Assembly: GCF_006345805.1 (NCBI RefSeq)
Contig: NC_042997.1
Span: forward strand, 88,412,001-88,476,000
Direction: 5' to 3'
Length of the DNA stretch: 64,000 nucleotides
Source of the DNA: Octopus sinensis
Lineage: Eukaryota
This document shows, piece after piece, positions 1-53,400 of this stretch (position 1 is the stretch's first letter; each line of letters opens with the position of its first letter). A program made the translations under genes and the position numbers. The notes beneath the pieces are model-generated. The model saw only the letters and a list, made by a program, of their open reading frames with translations, was not told the DNA's origin and searched no databases.

Positions 1-950
1 CCACTGGAGTCCATGATTTTAACCTTGTATACAAGTTCGTTTTCCATGCAGTTATTATTTAGAGAACAGCAGTTTAGTGTCTTTCAGGGGGTATTCCTGA
101 TGGAATTATTCTTATTGTGATTGAGTATTACTGACCCTATATTGGGGGAGGGGGGCAACTATAACCAACTTTAAGTGTGGAAAATGATTGTCTATTAATT
201 TTAAGAATTTCCAAGCTATGTCAATGGCTACAGTCATGCTAAAAGGTGGGTTGAACTATAAGATTTTTCCCTGTCTGTGTCTTCTTTGTCTCTTCTACAT
301 TTGGTTCAATATAGTTTATACTATTCTTAAAGCAAGACCTTTCTAATGCAGCATTATAGTAAGGGCACCCTTCTCAAAAGTAACTTTATAGGCAGATAGA
401 TTAGAGATTCACCTGCTAATGTTATTAACTAATTGATTGATGGTGAGTGGTTGGAACCTATGTCTATATGTATACAGCATCCGTATTTGGTTAGTGGTAT
501 GGTTTAAATTTCTCTAATTGTGGTTCTTAGACCTAAATGGCTAAATATTTTGCATAATTTTTTCTTATCTTTTTCATATCATGTCTATTTTTATTTATGC
601 CACTCCCAGGCCTTCATCCTGATATAATCCTACGTTAGATTCCTTTATTTCTTTCCCAAAGATATCTAGGATATAGAGGCCTCAGCTGTCTCTACACCAT
701 CATAGCTCCCAATTGAAACATCAAATAACTCATCCCCATTCTTTTTTTACCAATGTGGTGTTGAGCACTCATTTTCATTGGTAAACAGTTACATATCAAT
801 ACTTCCAGCATTCCCAAATACCAGCTAAGCACTAAACATGAACAAAGAATCAAAATGAACATAAGACACGCCATATGTCAAGACAGTGCAGTTATGAATC
901 CATAAAAAATTGAGGGACCCAAGAATCATTACCATCCATTATTCTGGAGA
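1..950 (-). mobile_element. Degenerate Penelope-like element (RT + C-terminal GIY-YIG), SYDG/WFNPPF type, running off the window start
   Basis: Minus-strand remnants: W*KKNGDELFDVSIGSYDGVE (~690-760), NVGLYQDEGLG (degenerate YRDD, ~600-637), *FNPPFSMTVAIDIAWKFLKLIDNHFP (~175-258), NNCMENELVYKVKI (~15-57); stops and frameshifts present. Confidence 0.8.
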
Positions 951-1321
951 GAAGAGATGTTTCCTGTTATCCTTTTTGGAACTTATATACACGTATATCT
1001 TCCATCAAAATCTCTACATGCTAAAATAGTAGTTTGTATTGTTTTTTCTGTTGTAGAAAACAGGTATTATTGCAGAAAACAAAATCCTTATGACTAAATA
1101 ATGTTGGATTATTGTCTATTTCTGTCAGGGAGTTTTCCCTTTTTTAACATTTGTCAAGAAATCATTAAAACAACCCACATCCTTACAGTTCTTTTGTACA
1201 GTAGATAATATAATCATAATTCACATGAGCAATAAAAGCCGTATTAACTTAAAATAGAAATCTGTGTATCACATTTTGATGCACCTAATAAATATCATGA
1301 AGAATGAAATAAGGTCTTGAA

Positions 1322-1716
1322 CAGAGGTGACTGTATGGTATGAATCTTTCTTCCAAACCACATGGTTCCAGTTTCACTCCCACTGTATGGTACCTTGGAC
1401 AAATGTCTTCTATTATAGCCCCAGGCTGACCAAAGCTTTGTGAGTGGATTTGGTAGATGGAAACTGAAGAATCCTGTTGTATATATATATATATATATAT
1501 ATACTTATGTGTGTGTGTGTGCCTTTGTTATGTTTGTCCCCTACCACTTGACAACTGGTTTGTTTACATGTCTATAATTTAACTATTCAACAAAATGAGA
1601 CCAATAGAATAAGTACCAGACTTAAAAACTAAATAAGTACTTGGGTTGAGCAGTTTGACTATACCCTTAATGGCGGTACCTCAACATGGCCACAGTCCAA
1701 TGATTGAAACAAATAA
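1322..1716 (+). mobile_element. SINE family B (tRNA-like head, internal TA/TG microsatellite, GGCGGTGC..CAGCATGGCC..TGAAAC tail)
   Basis: Full copy. Related full or partial copies at ~3640-4030, 4195-4350, 5455-5600, 7740-7925, 7995-8155, 9660-9875, 11510-11690(-), 11975-12130, 29180-29400, 41000-41260, 43830-43970(-), 45310-45450(-) and 50170-50300. Confidence 0.8.
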
Positions 1717-3040
1717 ACAAAGCACAATTGTGTTGAGAGAAAAGTTAGGTATAAGAGGGATTAAATATGGTATGCAGAAGAGGAGAATGCATTGGTTTGG
1801 ACATGTAATGCATATGAGTGAAGACAGCTGTATACAGAAGTGCCTGTCACTGAAAGTGGATGGTACCTGTGGAAGACAGACCCAGGAAGACATGAGATGA
1901 AGTGGTGAGGACCAATCTTAGGATGTCAGGGCTCACAGAGGAAATAACAATGGACTGAGATGTTTGGCAATATGAGATTCTAGAGAAGACCCGTCCATGA
2001 AACTGAGTGCTAGAAAAGTTGTCCCACCCACATATAACAACACACTTTTCACCCACTTTGCCTTAAGAAACCAAACTACAACTTCTCTTCTAAACTGCAT
2101 CTTTCTCTTTCTCACATTGCCTCTTCATAAACTATAATTGCTTTCCAATCCCCTTTCTTGCCCTCACTGCCCTGCTCAGTGCATTGCTGTTCCCCCCAAC
2201 TCCAACACCCATACCCTATTTTTCTATCCAGGTTTCTATCTATGCTCAGATCCTTGTTATTTGTGACTATACCCTAGCACAACACCATTTCTCTTCTGCT
2301 CTCTCTTACACTTTTGCTGTTTCCTAATCTCTGTCTTTCTCTTGGTCACTCTTTCTCTCTCCTTCTCTTGTTTTTCCTCTGACTTGGTAAATAAGTATCT
2401 CCTTTACATGAGCACACTTGTTTCTGGTTTCTTTCTTGTATCTGTCTCTCACTCTCTATCTCTTTCTCTCTCACTAGGTAACCATGTACCTCCTCTGTAG
2501 CAAGACACCTATTTCTGTCTCTCTATTTCTCTGTTACACTCTAACCTTTCATCATCTGATACTGGATCACCTCTGCTAATGCTCCCTCTGTTTCTCTGTC
2601 TCTTTATCATATTCTAACCTTTCATCTTCTGACACAAGTTGCCCTCCACAAATGCCCTGCTTCTCTCATAATTCTTTGTCTTGTGAGTTACTTCGTTACT
2701 CTGCCAGTGCTGGTGCCACATTAAAAGCATCCAGTCCACACTGTAACATGGCTGGCATTTGGAAGGACATCAAGCTGTAAAAATCATGCTGAAACTAACC
2801 TTACCTGTGCTAGTGCCAAGTAAAAAGCACTGAGTCCACTCTGTGGAGTGATTGGTGTTAGGAATGGAACCCAACCATAAAATCTCTGCCAGAACAGACA
2901 CAGTAGCCTAGGGTAGTTTTCCTACCTGGCCAGTTCCTGTCAACTACACATGCATGGAAGATGGATGTTAAATGATGAAGAAGAAGAAGAAGAAGAAGAA
3001 GAAGAAGATGATGATGATGACGATGACGACGACGACGACA
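1717..3040 (+). mobile_element. RTE-clade LINE 3' fragment with 3' UTR and (GAA/GAT)n tail
   Basis: ORF 1646..1900 ends ..RRMHWFGHVMHMSEDSCIQKCLSLKVDGTCGR, the typical RTE C-terminal R.RW.GHV.RM motif. It is followed by a pyrimidine-rich UTR and a trinucleotide tail at 2975-3040. Confidence 0.75.
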
Positions 3041-4350
3041 AACAATTCCAATATATAGTTCTCACTTTTTCATGAAGATGCACTATTCACATGTCCTCTC
3101 CTCTGCAATTCTGTGACTTTGTGACTAATCACAAAGTCGCAGAAATCATAGAGCATCGAGATATGTTCAATATCTTTCAGCATTTAAGTTTGATCAAACT
3201 ATGCCCCAGATCCAAATTCACTGGGATCAATGTTACTTTACATTCTTAAAGAGTTATTAAAATAAGTACCAGTCATATTTCAAATTTTGGCCCAAAACCA
3301 GCAATTCCCAGAGTTAGGGGTAAGTCAATTACATCAACCCCATTGCTCAACTGGTACTTATTTTATTGACCTCAAAAGGACAAAAGGCAAAGTAAACCTC
3401 AGCAGAATTTGAACTTAGACAGACAAAATATTGCTAAGCATTTTGCCTGGTGTGCTAACGATTCTGCCAGCTCATTGCCATTTACCAGTCAAATATTGAC
3501 CACCTATTTAATAGACTGACCCCTTTTCCAAAATGCAAGGTCTAGCAGCTGTTAGGATTCATTATCATTATAGCTGTTATATGACATAGCAAAAACCAAA
3601 TATCTATGTCATTAAAAGTAAACTAAAAACGACAAAGAAACTCACTTTGCAACTACATGTTTCCAGGTTCAGTCCTACTGAGTGGCATCCTGAGCAAGTA
3701 TTATTTTATTACAGCCTCAAACCAAATTCTTTGTCAATGAATTTAGTACACAAAAACTATGTGGAATCCCTTTGCATATAGGTGTGTTAGTATGTGGTGT
3801 GTGTGTGTGTGTGTGTGTGTGTATTTGGGTTTGTTACCCAACCATTGCATGACAAAAGGTGTTGGGTATTTTTTTTTACATTCCCATAACTTAGTGGTTT
3901 GGTTAAACACACTAATAGAATAAGTATTGACTTAAAAGAAAAATAAGTACTGGGATTCATTTGTTGAACTAAATCCTTCATGCTAGCGTCCCAGCAAGGC
4001 CACAGTTCAATGACTGAAACAAGTAAAAGACATGAAGATCAAGAAGAATTTCCCAAACCACTTGGCTCTATTTCTACATAAATGTACTTTAGATAGTTTC
4101 AAACACAGAATTATTACTTCTAATGTTTTCTTTGAGTGTTCTTCTAAGCTACAAATAAAGTTAATAACCTGGAAAACTAGCTATTAAATATTAATAGGTG
4201 CAGCTGTGGCTGTGTAGTAAGAAGTTTGTTTTCCAACCACATAATGCTAAGTGGCACCTTATGCAAGTGTCTCCTATTATAGCCCCAGGTCAACCAAAAC
4301 CTTGTGAGTGGATTTGGTGGTTGGTAGACAAAAACTTAAAGAAGCCTATC

Positions 4351-4404
<54 letters not shown>

Positions 4405-4910
4405 TTTGTAATAAAACAGAGTTTGTGTGTATGTGTGCATATGTTCCTTATAAGTTCGAAAACTAAGTAGCCAATTTTGACGTGAGGCATCAAAAGATTC
4501 AGTAATCTTTTGGCTACCAAATAAAGTTTTTTGCATAACAACTCTATTTTACTACAAAAATAACCCCAAAAACGAGGTTGGGTTGCACAATTTTGAGGTC
4601 TTTGGCTAAGGAAGGTAACTCTGCCTGAACAATTTTTATGTCTTAAATAGAGCATACATGGAGTTTTACCAGGGAATGAAATGTCAAAGATATACCATCA
4701 ACTTTATTAGTATTATTTGGTTGATAATCTCTTAATGTGAAGTATGTTTGTCTGTGTTTTGTTTAGATCAAAGTTGCCTCAGATGTAGCTGACCCATTGC
4801 ATGCTTTTTTTTCTTCCTGAAATACTGTAAATCTGTCTTTCTTTTGATGAAAGGGTGCGTTTTAAGAGAGATTTGGCTGCTATTTCTAGTAGCTCAAGTT
4901 ACTACAGAGA

Positions 4911-4983
<73 letters not shown>

Positions 4984-5749
4984 ATGCATGCATGCATGCA
5001 TGCATGTGTGTTTTGTCGTGGTGAAAAAAGTACTTTTTCTCAGAATAATTTGCACAATTTTTTAAGAAATCTGGACATCTTTCTTACTGCTAACCATCGA
5101 ACTTCAAATTACAATTGTTAATTGTTGGAAGTCAAGCAGACTGAGATGTACATATAGTGTTATTGTATAGAGTGGAAGTTCAATACAAAATTTTGAATAC
5201 GTTATCTTGTGACTAGTGATCCATCACCTTAAATTTGAAGCCATTAAGTCTTTAAATATCATTTTACTGGGTTTAGTCATTCGACTGTCGCCATGGCGGA
5301 GTATTACCTCCAAATATTTAATTGATCATACTGACTCAGTACGTATTTCAATCTGGCATTTATCTTATAGATCTCTGCTTCATGAACTTTGAGACATAGT
5401 AGGCCACAATACTTTATTTCACAACAAATGTAAACACACACACACATATTAGGTACAAGAATGACTGTGTGGTTGAGAAGTTTGCTTCCAACCACTTGTT
5501 CAGTCCCTCTGCATGGTACCTTGGGCAAGTGCTTTCTACTATAGCCCTAGGTCAACCACAGACTTGTGACTGAATTTGGTAGATGAAAACTGCAGCATTG
5601 TTCATCAGAAAATGACCAAAAAACATGTTTATAAAGAAGAGTTGTTTGCTTCATACTCTTTGTGGGCCAATTCTATCCATAAGATAGGAACAAATAAAAC
5701 AATGTGGTTGTAGGTCATAACTCCCAGGCACTGTCAAGGTGCACTGCAA

Positions 5750-5795
<46 letters not shown>

Positions 5796-5798
<3 letters not shown>

Positions 5799-6199
5799 AG
5801 GAAAAAAATCTTTTAAAATGCAGAATGCTCAAATGAAAGAAAATTTTAATAAAATGATAAAATGATAAAATATATAAATATATATTTATTCAACCGGTTT
5901 TCGTCATTGTATGACTTGTCAAGAATATTTATGTTTTAAGAAGTCTTTTTAAAAAAGGGGAAAAAAAGAAAATTGCATTGTTTTTTGTAAAAGAATAATG
6001 ATAAAAAACAATGCAATTTTCTTTTTTTCCCCTTTCTAATTTTTAAAAAAACTTCTTAAAACATAAATATTCTTGACAAGTCATACAATGACGAAAACCG
6101 GTTGAATAAATATATATTTATATATTTTATCATTTTCTCATTTTATTAAAATTTTCTTTCATTTGAGCATTCTGCATTTTAAAAAAAATTTTTCCTTAC
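5796..6199. repeat. ~400-bp near-perfect palindrome (two ~190-bp arms, 16-nt loop) of a Penelope-tail-like sequence
   Basis: 5796-5986 is the reverse complement of 6003-6199 apart from a few indels; flanked by (TA)n. Confidence 0.92.
6068..6108 (+). ncRNA. Minimal hammerhead ribozyme-like motif (U3-A8 variant, one extra A); mirror copy on the minus strand at ~5886-5930
   Basis: TATTC-TTGACAA-GTCAT(ACA)ATGAC-GAAA-ACCGGTT-GAATA gives stem I TATTC/GAATA, the core, a 5-bp stem II and a palindromic stem III. Confidence 0.55.
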
Positions 6200-6247
6200 T
6201 TATCATTTCTCCACGTGCGGTCAACACAACCCCACCATTTATTGATC

Positions 6248-6275
<28 letters not shown>

Positions 6276-6278
<3 letters not shown>

Positions 6279-6496
6279 TCGCCATGATAGATCGTTACCC
6301 ACTACACACATTTTTTTTCTCTCCTTTCTTTCTCTCCTTTTTTTCTCTCCTTGTTTTTTCTGTGTATCGTTCTGTAGAAGAGTGTAGGCTCGAAGCGTAA
6401 AAGACTTTTTCTATTCCTGAGCATTATACTAATACATCTATTTGTTTTGTACACCACCTTTCTTCGTCTTTTGCTTTTTTCGTAAACTTTCCCAAT
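6276..6496 (+). mobile_element. Non-autonomous Penelope-tail-like repeat with a hammerhead-like motif; copies at 29600-29768(+), 29803-30420(-), 50325-50485(+)
   Basis: The four copies share CTTTCTGT(A/C)GAAGAGCGTAGGCTCGAAACGTAAAAGAC...TTCTCCCTATATA and all end in (TA)n. Confidence 0.7.
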
Positions 6497-6799
6497 ATAT
6501 ATATATACACACACACTTTACTCAAATTTGTCTTAAATGAAAGATCTTAGGTAGGTCTATGAAATGTCATTAAATTTATATATTGACTTAGGATAGTGGT
6601 TAGATTGATAGTAACACTGACCTTGTCCGACAACTTCATGTAAGAAAGTCCACGTAATGTAGAATATTTATACAATGTGAAGACCTGTTTAGTTAAGTCA
6701 ATAAACCACTGGCAACCGGTCACTCCAATGATATTGCTTCTCTAATAAAGAGAGAGAAATGACCAGTGGGCAAAAGAGAAAAATAAAGAAAAATGAATG

Positions 6800-7030
6800 G
6801 GTTATTTCCCCTTGTCTATTAAGGGAAAATAGATAGGTTACATCTGGACCCGTTCCAGGAGCCCTAGTCATCCAATTATAGACATTTATTAAAATGAGCC
6901 TAGTAACAAACTGCATGTTGGTTTAACATGTATGCAAAGTTTCATGAAGATTCGTTAATGGGTGTAGACGGCAACTTGACACAAAGAAACAGACAACCAA
7001 ACAGACTGCTGTTTATATATGTATAGATAT
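6800..7030 (+). mobile_element. Helentron/DINE-like non-autonomous element end
   Basis: AAAGTTTCATGAAGATTCG..ACAGACAACCAAACAGAC..TTTATATAT(A)GAT layout resembles DINE-type 3' ends; recognition from pattern only. Confidence 0.4.
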
Positions 7031-7134
7031 AGACACATATATACAGACACACACACACACAAACATACCCATATATATATACATACACATACATACTTGT
7101 GTATATATATAAACACCCATATATTTACATACAA

Positions 7135-7177
<43 letters not shown>

Positions 7178-7217
7178 GTCACACACACACAGGCTGACAT
7201 ACACATATATATACACA

Positions 7218-7435
7218 TACAAGGGGGTGCTGAAAAGTTCCTGGTTTTAAGGGTATCACAAAAAGCAGGTTGGAAAGCCCAACATTCCCAGAAATGTAAC
7301 CACACGTGGACTGTTGGAGATTTTCCCTTATTTTTCCTTCTCTCTCTTTGGACTTTCCTGTTTCCAACAAACAGCAATGCTTGAAACATCAACAACAACT
7401 CTTTCCCTTCACTGAGCATCTAATTAATATATTTC
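7218..7435 (+). mobile_element. Mariner-type TIR fragment
   Basis: TA followed by CAAGGGGGTGCTGAAAAGTTCCTGG, a mariner-like terminal sequence; no partner TIR found. Confidence 0.35.
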
Positions 7436-7615
7436 TTGTACACGTCCTCACGTTCATTTTTTTCTTTTTCTTCTTTTTTTTCTATGTTTTTTTAATATTG
7501 TTTGTTTATTTGAAATAGTTTTATGCTAGCATGGAAAGCGGACGTTAAACGATGATGATGATATATATTATATATACATACATATGCATGTATATATAAT
7601 ATACATATATATATG

Positions 7616-7659
<44 letters not shown>

Positions 7660-7660
7660 C

Positions 7661-7693
<33 letters not shown>

Positions 7694-8155
7694 CACATGC
7701 ATATATATGTGTGTGTGTGTCTGTCTTTTTGTTTGTTTCCTTCCATCATTTGGTGCTGGGTTTTTTTATGTCCCTGTAACTTAGTAGTCTAGGAAAAGAA
7801 TCCAACAGGAAAAGTACCAGGCTTGAAAAATAGGTAACTGGGGCTTGATTCATTCAGCTAAAACCCTTCAAGGCAGCACCCCCAAGCTTGGCTACAGTCC
7901 AATGACAGAAACAAGAAAAAGATATGTGGAGATCAAGAAGAAGAATTTTGAAAGATGTTTCCAGATCACGTTGCTCTATTTCAACACATGTACTTTGGCA
8001 TAGCTGTGTTGTAAGAAGCTTGCTTTCCAACCACATGGTTCTGGGTTCAGTCCCACTGTATGGTATCTCAGACAAGTGTCCCCTGCAATAGCCTAGGGCC
8101 AACCAAAGCCTTGTGAGTGGATTTGGTAGATGGAAACTCAAAGAAACTCCACCAT

Positions 8156-8196
<41 letters not shown>

Positions 8197-8198
<2 letters not shown>

Positions 8199-9314
8199 CC
8201 ACTATGTGGATAACTCTAGTGCTAAAAATAGCTCCGAAGCAACCACAGAAGATCCGTTTCCAACTAGAATCAACACACATTTAACTGAAGGAAAGTGAAA
8301 TACAACGAATAAAATAGATTGACTCTATACAATTGTTTCATTACTAATGCAATATGTAGTTTTACTTACACTTGCATCTATAAATCTTCGGTAGAGTTTG
8401 TCAGAAATGCAATTAATTAGATCGATTCGGGCGTCAAAAACACGAGCGGTCCAACCAATTACATTTTTAGTTATGTCTCAAATTCCGCGCCAAAAGCATG
8501 CCTAGACTCCATTGGAAACATATGCCGCATCAAATAAAATATTGACTGCCGCGTAGTTAAATTTATAAAATTATAAATGAGGGTGAAAAATCGATATTCA
8601 CTTTCCTTCAGTTAAATGTGTGTTGATTCTAGTTGGAAACGGATCTTCTGTGGTTGCTTCGGAGCTATTTTTAGCACTAGAGTTATCCACATAGTGGATG
8701 ACTCTCTAATAATTTATGTATAAATTTGTATTTCCTCCGTAGTTTTTTGTGCTAAGCCACTTGGTGTTAAATTGACGGTATTATTAAATTAATATCGATT
8801 TTTCACCCTCATTTATAATTTTATAAATTTAACTACGCGGCAGTCAATATTTTATTTGATGCGGCATATGTTTCCAATGGAGTCTAGGCATGCTTTTGGC
8901 GCGGAATTTGAGACATAACTAAAAATGTAATTGGTTGGACCGCTCGTGTTTTTGACGCCCGAATCGATCTAATTAATTGCATTTCTGACAAACTCTACCG
9001 AAGATTTATAGATGCAAGTGTAAGTAAAACTACATATTGCATTAGTAATGAAACAATTGTATAGAGTCAATCTATTTTATTCGTTGTATTTCACTTTCCT
9101 TCAGTTAAATGTGTGTTGATTCTAGTTGGAAACGGATCTTCTGTGGTTGCTTCGGAGCTATTTTTAGCACTAGAGTTATCCACATAGTGGATGACTCTCT
9201 AATAATTTATGTATAAATTTGTATTTCCTCCGTAGTTTTTTGTGCTAAGCCACTTGGTTAAATTGACGGTATTATTAAATTAATATCGATTTTTCACCCT
9301 CATTTATAATTTTA
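8197..9314. repeat. Young inverted-plus-tandem repeat element: 493-bp monomer (8599-9091), partial second copy (9092-9314) and a 402-bp inverted copy (8197-8598)
   Basis: 8197-8598 is the reverse complement of 8791-9192. 8599-~8820 matches 9092-9314 except for a 2-bp indel. CpG-rich and flanked by (TA)n on both sides. Confidence 0.92.
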
Positions 9315-9591
9315 TATATATATATATATATCTTTTAGATTTGTTTACAAGAAACATAGGGATAAGCATCCCTCTGTTGTACATACATTAATGATATATC
9401 ACCTATATCACTTGAAGAAATGAATCCATGAAGATGATCTACCCAATGCCCATGGATACTACAGACTACACTGTAATCTTCTCGTGAATATGGACTGTGA
9501 CCTTAAGAGACATGTGATTTGTGGAAATGCATGTAGCAATACATGAAATGTTTATAAATTATATCCAAGGATTATTGGTATTATTATTATT

Positions 9592-9624
<33 letters not shown>

Positions 9625-10126
9625 ATGTGTGTGTGTGTGTGCATGTGTGTGTGCATGTGTGTGTGCATGTGTTTGTCCCACACCACTACTTGACAACCGT
9701 TGTTGGTGTGTTTACATCTCCAAAACTTAGTGGTTCAGCAAAAGAGACCTATATAATAAGTACCAGGCTTAAAAGAGAAAAACAAAGTACTGAGGTCAAT
9801 TCATTTGACCAAAAATTCTCCAAGGTGGTGCTCCAGCATGACTGCAGTCTCATGACTGAAACAAGTAAAAGACAGAAGGTAAATGATGTATGTACTTTGG
9901 TTAGTTTTAAGTTCAGAATCCTTACTTAATGTTTGGGTTCAACACTCCACCATGCTACAAAAAAGGTTAGTAACCTAGAAAACAATTCTGGCAATATTCC
10001 AACTCAAAAGTATAGATTCGTAAGTATCTCTAGAGAACATAATCAATTACTATAACAGTAGTGCTATGGTAATTGACATAAAATTATCAATTACATCGAC
10101 AAACATGTTTCAGACTTTCACTTGCT

Positions 10127-10132
10127 TTTATT
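10127..10132 (-). terminator. Candidate polyadenylation signal AATAAA of TTLL9
   Basis: First AATAAA I found on the minus strand, about 260 nt after the stop; position only, no transcript data. Confidence 0.5.
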
Positions 10133-10390
10133 AAAACTCGAAACTCAAGCAGAAAAACGATTTCACTTTCATTTCATTTAATTTCAGTCCAATAGAAAAT
10201 AACATACCGTTTCCTGAATTGCTTCTTTGCTGTAAAGAACACGATTATCATGTATTCAAATTAAAAAATAAAAATCAATATCAAATGATTCTATTTGAAT
10301 CTTCTGTCTTGCTTAGAAAATTTCAACTGGAGTCGAAATAGCTGACATAGAAACCAAAAGATTATGTGGAGTATGCAAATGCTGCCAGTC

Positions 10391-51666
<41,276 letters not shown>

Positions 51667-52077
51667 CTCCACAAAATTTCATCCAAAACGAGAGGGAGGT
51701 GAGACGAAACACCACCGATAAAAACTTTCCACCACCACCTAATTTTACCGACATAACCGAAAACGTTTCTCTGCTAAATTTTTGTTTAAAAATATGCATT
51801 TAAAAAAAAAGTTGAAGAAATAAAATCGGGATGGGCACCAAACAATAGTTATGTCTTTGCCATGTAGTCAGGCAAGAAAACCGAACCTATAATTATATAG
51901 CCAACTAAACTAATGGGGTGAGGGCAGGAAGTTATCCTCAAACCGAAGAACTGGTCCGAATGATGCAACATAGTGACGTCCAATAAAGGCACCTAAGGTG
52001 TCAAGTGTTCATGTTAAGCCGGATAGCCTCAAAGAAGAAACGTTATCCAAAATCGAACGAACATTTTCTCTCTAACA

Positions 52078-53400
52078 TTACTTCATCTTCTGGAAAAGAT
52101 ACTCGGGAGTGGGTTCTCGTTGGCTTCTCTAGGCTCATAAAAGAATTTTAAATAGTAACTGTCAGATAAAATATTCGTCTGTAGTTCAATATCTACAATT
52201 AATATTTACTGCTTGAGGCGAGTTTACAGAATCGTAAGCACGCCGGACAAAATGCTCCGGCAGCATTTCTTCCGGCTTTACGTTCTGAGTTCAAATTCCG
52301 CCGAGGTCGATTATGCCTTTCATCATTAATGAACATATTAATCATAAGTTACACTTATTTATAACCTAAAAGGAAATATTGTTTCCATTGTGTGCGTGTG
52401 TTATGTTTGTGTGTGCGTGTGTTATGTTTGTGCGTGTGTGTATAAGGAAATTGTTCGATCCCGCCTCTTGCAGGTACTTGTTTTGCTAACTCTGGGAGTT
52501 GACAGACGAAGCCGAGGGATTTGCGTGAGGGATTTTAACTTAGACCCAAGTCTCAACTAAACACCATCTGACTGTTGGCGGAGGTATAGGAAATAAGATG
52601 TCACCTTCACACTTTCTTTGGAGATTAATAAAAGTGATGTGTAACGAAACATCTGAGAATCGAAACGAAACCATCACAACTCACCAGGGGAATGTATCCC
52701 ATTACTCTTACACCACTGCATTGTGTGGTACATTATTAGTTTCCGAAATATTACCTAATGGCGTATCGAAAGGTAAACACAGTAATGTTTGGGAATTACC
52801 TACCTTGACATCATTGGTTGCTATATCAACAAATAAACTTTTTGCCGTAAAGCGGTCTATAACAAAGCGTGAAACATATTTTCACCATGATCTTGTTGGA
52901 TATTGTTTTTATAAGTAATATCTTTCAACAAAAAAAAATATCACTTACATTTTAAATTCTATAATATTGGTGTCAGCAAATCACTTAGACGCCTCAACTA
53001 TTATAAACACGTGTACATCTTAGGAATGCATGACCAGCGTTGTCAAGTCTATTAGTTACACTGCTTTTTCATTTCTCGTGGTCGTTGTTGTTGTTGTTAT
53101 TTATTTATTTTGGGTTGTTTTTTTTTCAATTAATCATTTGTTTGAATATTTTACTTCGTCTTCTGGAAAAGATACTCTGGAGTGGGTTCTTGTTGGCTTC
53201 ATCAGGCTCATAAGATAATTTTAAATAATAACTGTCAGATAAAACATTCGTCTGTAGTTCAATATCTACCATTAACATTTACTGCTTGAGGCGAGCTGAT
53301 AGAATCGTAAGCACGTCGGACAAAATGCTCTGCAGCATTTCTTCTGGCTTTACGTTCTGAGTTCAAATTCCGCCGAGATCGATTGTGCCTTCCATCATTT
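52078..53400 (+). repeat. Local direct duplication of ~250 bp (52078-52326 vs 53151-53400) including the 5' part of a SINE
   Basis: Both start TTACTTC(A/G)TCTTCTGGAAAAGATACTC and run through the SINE head. The second SINE is complete, with a TSD-like TTAA(C/T)ATTTACTGCTTG on both sides. Confidence 0.85.

Noticed and set aside
51850-51880. Possible RFX X-box for the ciliary gene TTLL9 (TTGCCATG half-site)
   Set aside because: Only a half-site; the second GYAAC half is missing.
52598-52918. 106-aa plus-strand ORF, and a minus-strand exon-like RFTAKSLFVDIATNDVK with a GTAGGT donor
   Set aside because: No recognisable homology, and I could not link either to other exons.
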